Below, in pieces: positions 47,163 to 52,495 of a stretch of 52,495 nucleotides of DNA. The stretch is from the NCBI GenBank assembly GCA_028879995.1, contig GCA_028879995.1_4895.1; one strand, given 5' to 3'. The first letter of the stretch is position 1; every line of letters begins with the position of its first letter. The DNA is from a phage. The notes below the pieces were generated by a model. It saw nothing but the letters and a program-made list of their open reading frames with translations. It was not told the DNA's origin and did no database searches. The translations under genes were made by a program, and so were the position numbers.

Positions 47163-47336
47163 CTATGCTAACTTTGTTGCGATCTGAATTGTCAGCCTGA
47201 AATCTTCCATCAAGTTATCAAACTCTTTGGAACCACCAACAGCATCAGATATTTGATCTTTCACAATTTGGGCATTTGATTCCAGTAATTCAATCAGGTG
47301 CGCCAATTCGTCTTCAGTCAATTTCAGATCTTTCAT
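47163..47336 (-). CDS. Small acidic helical protein, paralog family member 3 (MKDLKLT...)
   Basis: ATG 47336 (ATGA overlap with upstream stop); 57 aa; N-terminus MKDLKLTEDE shared with two other small ORFs. Confidence 0.4.
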   Translation of the reverse strand: MKDLKLTEDELAHLIELLESNAQIVKDQISDAVGGSKEFDNLMEDFRLTIQIATKLA

Positions 47337-47591
47337 AATGCATCCACCCAAGCCATAACTTTTGCCAGTCTTACAACGTCTTCATGGTCTCGCTCGCCAT
47401 CAGAAAATTCGCTGGCGATGATACCCATAATTGACGCCAGATTCATGTTGATGATGTATGAGTGTTCCCGCACTTCATCAATTCCTGAATCTATCACCAA
47501 TTCCGCAAATTCCTGCGAACCTTCATCCCATTCAGCCCAATACTGCTCAGCATAAAAGTCCAGTTCTTTTTTTCATCTCAATATCAGTCAT
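47333..47591 (-). pseudogene. Small acidic protein gene interrupted at an A7 homopolymer (frameshift)
   Basis: ATG 47591 with RBS GAGGAG gives MTDIEMKK then stop; with A6 instead of A7 (plus 47567-47573) the frame stays open to TGA 47333-47335. Confidence 0.35.
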
Positions 47592-47596
47592 TTTGA

Positions 47597-47755
47597 TTAC
47601 TCCTCAGAACCTGAAAATTTGTCGTCAATGGCTTCAACAATATAATCAAGAGTTGAAGTGTGAGAACTATCAGAAAAAGTGCCCATCTTCTCTAACTCAA
47701 TCATCATATCCCGCAAGGCCATCGCCTGGTCTTTGGTCAGTTTGATTTTAAGCAT
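47597..47755 (-). CDS. Small acidic helical protein, paralog family member 2 (MLKIKLT...)
   Basis: ATG 47755 preceded by conserved leader/hairpin cassette; 52 aa. Confidence 0.4.
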   Translation of the reverse strand: MLKIKLTKDQAMALRDMMIELEKMGTFSDSSHTSTLDYIVEAIDDKFSGSEE

Positions 47756-47819
47756 GTTTCTCTCCTGTTGATTGTGAATAATTTCAATTGATGGCACTAC
47801 TTGAGTGCCATCTCAAAAA
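47756..47819 (-). promoter_or_regulatory. Conserved leader plus upstream hairpin cassette, copy B
   Basis: Perfect 9-bp hairpin GATGGCACT/AGTGCCATC (47790-47812) abutting the same conserved leader. Confidence 0.5.
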
Positions 47820-48386
47820 TTACTCAGTTTCTTGTTCTTCAATTTCAGGTTTTTCTTCAGTCTTAGGTTTTTCGCCTGTTACTGATTTGCCCTCAGTCAC
47901 TTTACCAGATTTTACATCATTACGGTAATAGGACATATAGGATTGGACAACACGTTTTGCCCTAATATCATCCGCTTCCATCCCACAGGCTTTCATGGCA
48001 TCAGCCAGCGCCAATTTGGAATCTTCTTTGTCCATCAAATTGTAATCCTTGAATACTGCATAGCAGGTATCTTTGGTTGACGGACCGGATGAAGTTTTGC
48101 GGGTGCCACCTGCAGATGCACGTGATGCCGCAACTTTGACCTCTTCAACTTCCAGTTGGTTAAGCTCATCAAACAAGGCTTTCACCAGCACTTCTTTTGA
48201 GTCTTTGACACTTACAGAACTTTCATCATTAAGGGACTTGATCATCTTAATGATTTGGTTATTGGCAAAGTACTGCAGGCTATCCATCTGCACTACAATA
48301 GTCCCAAGACTTTCAGTAGTCAGACCAGATTTTACAGACTCGACAGAAAAGGCGGAAGTCAGGTAAACGTAGTTAGTAGCAGTCAT
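47820..48386 (-). CDS. Hypothetical protein
   Basis: 188 aa, Lys/Glu-rich C-terminal tail; ATG 48386. Confidence 0.45.
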   Translation of the reverse strand: MTATNYVYLTSAFSVESVKSGLTTESLGTIVVQMDSLQYFANNQIIKMIKSLNDESSVSVKDSKEVLVKALFDELNQLEVEEVKVAASRASAGGTRKTSSGPSTKDTCYAVFKDYNLMDKEDSKLALADAMKACGMEADDIRAKRVVQSYMSYYRNDVKSGKVTEGKSVTGEKPKTEEKPEIEEQETE

Positions 48387-48481
48387 TTTGATGTATCCTC
48401 GTCAATAGAATTTTGGTAAGCGCCAATCCCTGGCAAGTAAGTCCAAACATGACAACTTTTGTCAAGCTGTCATGATTGAAA

Positions 48482-48661
48482 TCACTTCAATTTGTTAAGT
48501 ATTTTGGTCAATAGCTCAACTCTTTCTTCCTGGTCAGTAGGGTCAAAGTTTTCAATTGACTCCTTCCAGTCCTCCAGCAGTTCCTTTTCATTAAATATTG
48601 AAATGTCAAGAAATTCAACCAATAACTCAACTTCTTTTTTAGTCAATTTCAAATCTTTCAT
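48482..48661 (-). CDS. Small acidic helical protein, paralog family member 1 (MKDLKLT..., 59 aa, below the ORF-track cutoff)
   Basis: ATG 48661 with RBS AGAGGG; read by eye as MKDLKLTKKEVELLVEFLDISIFNEKELLEDWKESIENFDPTDQEERVELLTKILNKLK. Confidence 0.4.
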   Translation of the reverse strand: MKDLKLTKKEVELLVEFLDISIFNEKELLEDWKESIENFDPTDQEERVELLTKILNKLK

Positions 48662-48675
48662 CTTGTATGACCCTC

Positions 48676-48825
48676 TTACCCTTGATATTTGACTACTTGC
48701 GACTGGATGAAATCAACACAATCTTCCACGTCCATTGATTCAAAATCTGGAACTGGTCCATTATTAATGTTGACACACCATAGCCCTTCATTACAATCAT
48801 ACCAAAGCGTATAGTTGTCTTTCAT
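48676..48825 (-). CDS. Hypothetical small protein (MKDNYTLWYDCNEG...)
   Basis: ATG 48825 with RBS AGGAGT; 49 aa with four Cys; first gene of the leftward small-gene cluster. Confidence 0.3.
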   Translation of the reverse strand: MKDNYTLWYDCNEGLWCVNINNGPVPDFESMDVEDCVDFIQSQVVKYQG

Positions 48826-49042
48826 AATAGTTACTCCTGCTATTAGTTTCCAGGCGTGGCTACTGCTTCCAATAGCCACTAGTTGAAACTATTACCAGCG
48901 TTACTATCAACAAGAAACATGTTACCAAATTGTTAAAGAGCGGTCTGGTACTATTCGACCAGGTAAAGTTGATGTTTGCGCATCTTGACGACACGCGCCA
49001 GACAAGACGCTTGACACATTCATCATTCGTCTTGATGTAATA

Positions 49043-49071
49043 ATTATAGGCCAGTCAATCAATGTTGTACA
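49043..49071 (-). promoter_or_regulatory. sigma70-like promoter (minus) TGTACA-N17-TATAAT for the leftward small-gene cluster
   Basis: Plus-strand attata 49043-49048 and tgtaca 49066-49071. Confidence 0.45.
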
Positions 49072-49182
49072 TAAAAGAATTGCAAGTTTATGCAAGTTTT
49101 TAGAAATGATAATCACTTGCGATTGAGAGTGGTTCTCGTATGCAATTGATATAGTTTCGCATGTAATTACTCACTTCAAAAT

Positions 49183-49240
49183 GGTCGGCAGGGGTTATAA
49201 TCACATAGGGGTGCCACTTAAAGGAGCCGGCGAAATTATT
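49183..49240. repeat. Approx. 58-nt GC-rich repeat unit R1
   Basis: Shares with R2 the pattern GGT.CGGC.GGGG-TAAT-C.CA-GGGGTGC.AC.T-AGGAGCC.GC.AAATT.TTTAT. Confidence 0.5.
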
Positions 49241-49358
49241 TATAAAAATATAATTTCAATCTGAATTATAGACGCTTTGTGTTATAACGGCCGAAGTAGT
49301 TCATACGGTAATTGTATCAATCGCAATAGTTACCAAAGTAATCATTTCAATTGAAATA

Positions 49359-49416
49359 GGTGCGGCGGGGGGTAATTTCGCAGGGGTGCTACCTGCCAGG
49401 AGCCAGCAAAATTTTT
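49359..49416. repeat. Approx. 58-nt GC-rich repeat unit R2
   Basis: Second copy about 176 bp downstream of R1, same orientation. Confidence 0.5.
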
Positions 49417-49566
49417 TATTTTTTGGTATTTTCTCCTTATCAGGACCAATCATCATCAGAGTAATACGGCAGGAGCTAACCTTTTGCTTAACACAATAAT
49501 AAGTGAAGCCCCTCTAAAAATTTTTTATATTTTTCGGAAATTGTGTAGACACTCACTAAAAAGTGG

Positions 49567-49595
49567 TGTACTTTCTCTCCTCCACGCGCTATCAT
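49567..49595 (+). promoter_or_regulatory. sigma70-like promoter TGTACT-N17-TATCAT for the rightward DHFR/kinase operon
   Basis: About 40 nt upstream of the first plus-strand gene. Confidence 0.4.
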
Positions 49596-49645
49596 TAATG
49601 TGAATCATCAAACGGCCTCACGGTCTCCTACTTGTGGGTAACATT

Positions 49646-50122
49646 ATGAAAATTGTTCAATTAGAGCCATATCCGCCTCAATTGGCTATCGTTTGTAGCG
49701 AAAAAGAGCACGAAGAGCTCCAAAAACTGATGGATTTGCCTGATTTTGGCAACTGGAATGACCGGGAAACGCGTAATGCATCTACTTTTACGTTCACTCG
49801 CGTTAACTATCCGTACCTGTTAATTGTCGTCGAACTGTATCACCCGGACGACCTGAAGTACAACACCATTTCCCACGAAGGCATTCACGTAATGTCATCG
49901 CTGATGAACTATGTAGGGCTTAAATACGACCCAGAAAACGATGAATGGTACGCATATCAGCATGATTTCATCGTAAATGCCATTTGTAAGGCCCATGACG
50001 AGTATATAGAGCGTCAAAAAACGCCAAAAACTAAGCCAAAAATCGAAACAGGTAACCATCCTGCAATACTGCCACAAGACGTAATGAACTCGCTTTTGAC
50101 TGACACTACTGGGGACTTTTAG
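49646..50122 (+). CDS. Hypothetical protein with HExxH motif (possible small zinc metallopeptidase-like protein)
   Basis: ATG 49646 (tool start GTG 49634); single HEGIH motif; first gene after plus promoter 49567-49595. Confidence 0.3.
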   Translation: MKIVQLEPYPPQLAIVCSEKEHEELQKLMDLPDFGNWNDRETRNASTFTFTRVNYPYLLIVVELYHPDDLKYNTISHEGIHVMSSLMNYVGLKYDPENDEWYAYQHDFIVNAICKAHDEYIERQKTPKTKPKIETGNHPAILPQDVMNSLLTDTTGDF

Positions 50123-50797
50123 GTGATTAATATAATCTTCGCAATGGGCCAAAATGGGGAATTCGGGTTATCTCCGGAGTTTATGAAGCATCAGGTTGAC
50201 TCGTGTAAGACCATGGATGAGGTTCGTGCGCTTCCTAAATCGGGTCTCCCTTGGAAATGTCCGTCAGATATGCTCTTTTTCAGGACTATGACTAATTCAA
50301 TTGCGTCAGAACCAGGCTATAATGCGTATCAGCAACTACGTGGACAGTTCCCAAATGACCAGTTGCGAAACATGATAGCAGATGTAACTGTAAAAATGGT
50401 CGGGCATAGTGTATTGTTAGCCGGTCGTAATACGTATATGACTATGAGTCTGCCTATGTCAGCCCACAGAATACTGCTGCCTGTATCTCGTCAGATTATG
50501 GCTTCAGAAGGCTACAATAATTTGGGTGAGATGGCAGCAGACCTTGAATCCAGAGGTACTGACGTCTGGATTGTAGGCGGTGCCGAGTTGATACTTTCGG
50601 CCCTTGAAGAGCATGCAAAAGACTTACTCCGTATCGACAACATGTTTATCAGTACAATCAAGCAATCAGGTCCAAGTGATATTTTAATGGATTGTAGCAA
50701 ATTAATGATGTACATTGATAGCGACTTCACTTATAATGATGAATATGTTGATAACAAACAAGTTCTGATACAACGGTACAGGAGTTTACACAAATGA
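50123..50797 (+). CDS. Dihydrofolate reductase-like protein
   Basis: GTG 50123; DHFR-like N-terminus MINIIFAMGQNGEFG, LPWKCPSDMLFFRTMT (compare E. coli MPWNLPADLAWFKRNT), IVGGAELILSAL; contains a long insertion. Confidence 0.55.
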   Translation: MINIIFAMGQNGEFGLSPEFMKHQVDSCKTMDEVRALPKSGLPWKCPSDMLFFRTMTNSIASEPGYNAYQQLRGQFPNDQLRNMIADVTVKMVGHSVLLAGRNTYMTMSLPMSAHRILLPVSRQIMASEGYNNLGEMAADLESRGTDVWIVGGAELILSALEEHAKDLLRIDNMFISTIKQSGPSDILMDCSKLMMYIDSDFTYNDEYVDNKQVLIQRYRSLHK

Positions 50798-51300
50798 ACA
50801 TCATAATCGAGGGGCCCGACAATGCTGGTAAAAGTACACTTATTGAGTTCCTTAAATCTCATACTGGCCGCAGTGTTATTCATAATACTGTTGATAAAGA
50901 CCCCGAATCGGTCATGGCTAAACAGGCCAAAGAAAACGCGTTGGAGGGCGATTGCATTTATGACCGTAGCGCTGTTATATCTGAGTATATCTATTGCCTG
51001 GTTCTTCAACGTACGCCTGTCATCAATATTAATGTATCACATGTAGCAGATATGTGTGACAACGCCATCGTTATCTTTTGTATGCCGCCTGTTGAAAAGG
51101 TACTGGCAACTACAAAAGACGAGATGCCTGGCGTTGTGGAAAATCTTGAGGCGTTATACAATCAGTATGACAACCTCATTGACGAGCTGGTTATGATGAG
51201 TAAGCAGTTCTTCATTTACGACTGGACTGTTGAAGAAGATGGTCCTGAAGCAGCTCTCGAATACATCAACGAACGTATTAATAAGGAGTGGAACAAATGA
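50794..51300 (+). CDS. Deoxynucleoside monophosphate kinase (thymidylate-kinase-like P-loop kinase)
   Basis: N-terminal P-loop IIIEGPDNAGKSTL; 168 aa; ATGA coupling to the DHFR-like gene. Confidence 0.55.
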   Translation: MNIIIEGPDNAGKSTLIEFLKSHTGRSVIHNTVDKDPESVMAKQAKENALEGDCIYDRSAVISEYIYCLVLQRTPVININVSHVADMCDNAIVIFCMPPVEKVLATTKDEMPGVVENLEALYNQYDNLIDELVMMSKQFFIYDWTVEEDGPEAALEYINERINKEWNK

Positions 51301-52016
51301 GCCCAGTATACAATACCTCAGTCACGCTGTCCGCAACCGTAAGCGGCGTCAACAAGACAGTTACTGTGGGTTCAACTAACCCAAACCTGACAGGCGAAGA
51401 CCTGCTGCGCCTGGCCAAACGTGCACTTGAAGATAACGAAGTAACTGGTACTGAAGGCGTTAACATTGAAATTAACGTCGAAGGATGTCCGCACAGCATC
51501 AGTATTGCTACCTCTTCATTGCCTGAAGACGAGACTCGTGAACAGCTGGAAATTAAAAAGTTCAACGATGAGCTGGAATATCGCACAGGTGAGATGTTCA
51601 GCAGTGCACTAAACTGGTACTTGTGCAAGGCTTCAAACTACGCTGGCGCTCCTATGTCAGACCGTATGTTAGCTGATATGTCAGCACGTGAAATTGCTAA
51701 AGGCTGGGCGCATGTACAGATGCTGCAAGAGCATATCTGCAAGCTGGAAAGCTGCAATAAAGACGCGTCTGAGCTTATTACTGCCTATAAGCGACAGATT
51801 AACGACCTGCAGCAACTGATGGGTAAACGCGCTGAAGAATATGAGGCTGAGATTCGCAGTCTTAATGGTACAGCTGTTGCTAACAACCGTGCTTTCAGCG
51901 AAGAGCGTAAAGCGCTTATCGCCCAGCGTGACGCTGAAAAACGTCGTGCAGACGACCTGGCAGACCGTCTTAACTTTATCCGTAAGCACATGGATGCTAT
52001 GGAAGGGGTAATCTGA
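51297..52016 (+). CDS. Hypothetical protein
   Basis: ATG 51297 with RBS AAGGAG (tool start 51288 is GTG); 239 aa, coiled-coil-like C-terminal half. Confidence 0.4.
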   Translation: MSPVYNTSVTLSATVSGVNKTVTVGSTNPNLTGEDLLRLAKRALEDNEVTGTEGVNIEINVEGCPHSISIATSSLPEDETREQLEIKKFNDELEYRTGEMFSSALNWYLCKASNYAGAPMSDRMLADMSAREIAKGWAHVQMLQEHICKLESCNKDASELITAYKRQINDLQQLMGKRAEEYEAEIRSLNGTAVANNRAFSEERKALIAQRDAEKRRADDLADRLNFIRKHMDAMEGVI

Positions 52017-52306
52017 TGGACCTGTTCGATATGGTCGAACATCCTGAAGTAAACGGCTTGGCGGAAGCTAAGCCTTTTAACTGGGATGAATTCGTAGCAG
52101 GCAAACCTGCTGTAACCCACAACGGGCAGATTGCATATTACGGAGGCCATAGCGAACATCCGATGTGCACTCACCTGTACAACGCTATCACAACCATATC
52201 CGACGAAAACGTTATTAAGTACGGAAAAGAGGTAATGCCTTTTCTTGTAGATGAACGCGGTTACTTCGAAGGTAAATGGTTCCCGTTTCTGGTAGAAATG
52301 GCCTAA
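52016..52306 (+). CDS. Hypothetical protein
   Basis: 96 aa; ATG overlaps upstream stop. Confidence 0.35.
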   Translation: MDLFDMVEHPEVNGLAEAKPFNWDEFVAGKPAVTHNGQIAYYGGHSEHPMCTHLYNAITTISDENVIKYGKEVMPFLVDERGYFEGKWFPFLVEMA

Positions 52307-52422
52307 AAACCGGATAAATATAAAGGCGTCTAAGCTAGTTCTTCATCTGTATAAGCTACTTATTCGCCTTTCTACTGTAGACTTTCTCATCATCTCTCTA
52401 GACACTTCATTTTTATATTCTG

Positions 52423-52451
52423 TTTACTTACTTCGCGTAACTCGTTATAAT
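52423..52451 (+). promoter_or_regulatory. sigma70-like promoter TTTACT-N17-TATAAT
   Basis: Exact consensus upstream of the gene starting at 52484. Confidence 0.55.
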
Positions 52452-52483
52452 CCCGACTATCCGGATTAACGAGGACGATACCA

Positions 52484-52495
52484 ATGGCAAAACCG
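52484..52495 (+). CDS. Start of a gene truncated by the window edge
   Basis: ATG 52484 with RBS GAGGA, downstream of promoter 52423-52451. Confidence 0.3.

Noticed and set aside
47298-47745. Plus-strand ORFs 47298-47555 and 47458-47745 in the small-gene cluster
   Set aside because: Antisense to the better-supported minus-strand paralog genes and the frameshifted gene; no promoter or RBS on the plus strand here.
48922-49116. Minus-strand ORF of 64 aa in the divergent control region
   Set aside because: No RBS, lies across the predicted minus-strand promoter, and is hydrophobic with low complexity; treated as non-coding.
49183-49416. R1/R2 repeats as a CRISPR array
   Set aside because: Only two imperfect copies 176 bp apart, no regular spacers and no cas genes.
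1-52495. Search for integrase, repressor, transposase/IS elements or an attachment site
   Set aside because: No recombinase-like ORF or IS-like inverted terminal repeats found; no mobile element annotated.

Overview
The window reads as most of the genome of a tailed dsDNA bacteriophage, with no integrase, repressor, tRNA or CRISPR array found, so it is probably virulent. Calls rest on motif recognition by eye and gene order; no database search was run. Plus strand 1-26289 is a late block: terminase small (partial) and large subunits, portal, scaffold, major capsid, neck proteins, an unusual insert (207-aa, 985-aa and two Ig-like proteins), a contractile-tail-like module (putative sheath, tube, chaperone with a -1 frameshift site, tape measure, Mu/P2-like baseplate, tail fiber, two paralogous fiber chaperones) and a lysis cassette (2-TM holin, P1 Lyz-like SAR endolysin, overlapped spanins). 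Minus strand 26305-41814 is a replication/nucleotide block: TraR-like protein, family A DNA polymerase, clamp-like protein, a thymidylate-synthase homolog with the cytosine-specific Asn-to-Asp substitution, MazG-like pyrophosphatase, SF2 helicase, Cas4-like nuclease, dCMP deaminase, SSB-like and RecA-like proteins. Then come a plus-strand primase-helicase (42275-44809), an AT-rich repeat region, an Hjc-like resolvase, a minus-strand cluster of small acidic genes with three paralogs and conserved hairpin-leader cassettes (45721-48825), a 750-bp divergent control region with paired repeats, and a plus-strand operon with DHFR and a dNMP kinase. The most interesting inference is that this phage replaces cytosine with a C5-modified cytosine made at the nucleotide level. 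Promoters are a highly regular sigma70-like family (TTTACN-N17/18-TATAAT, plus a TGTACT variant), several embedded in palindromes.
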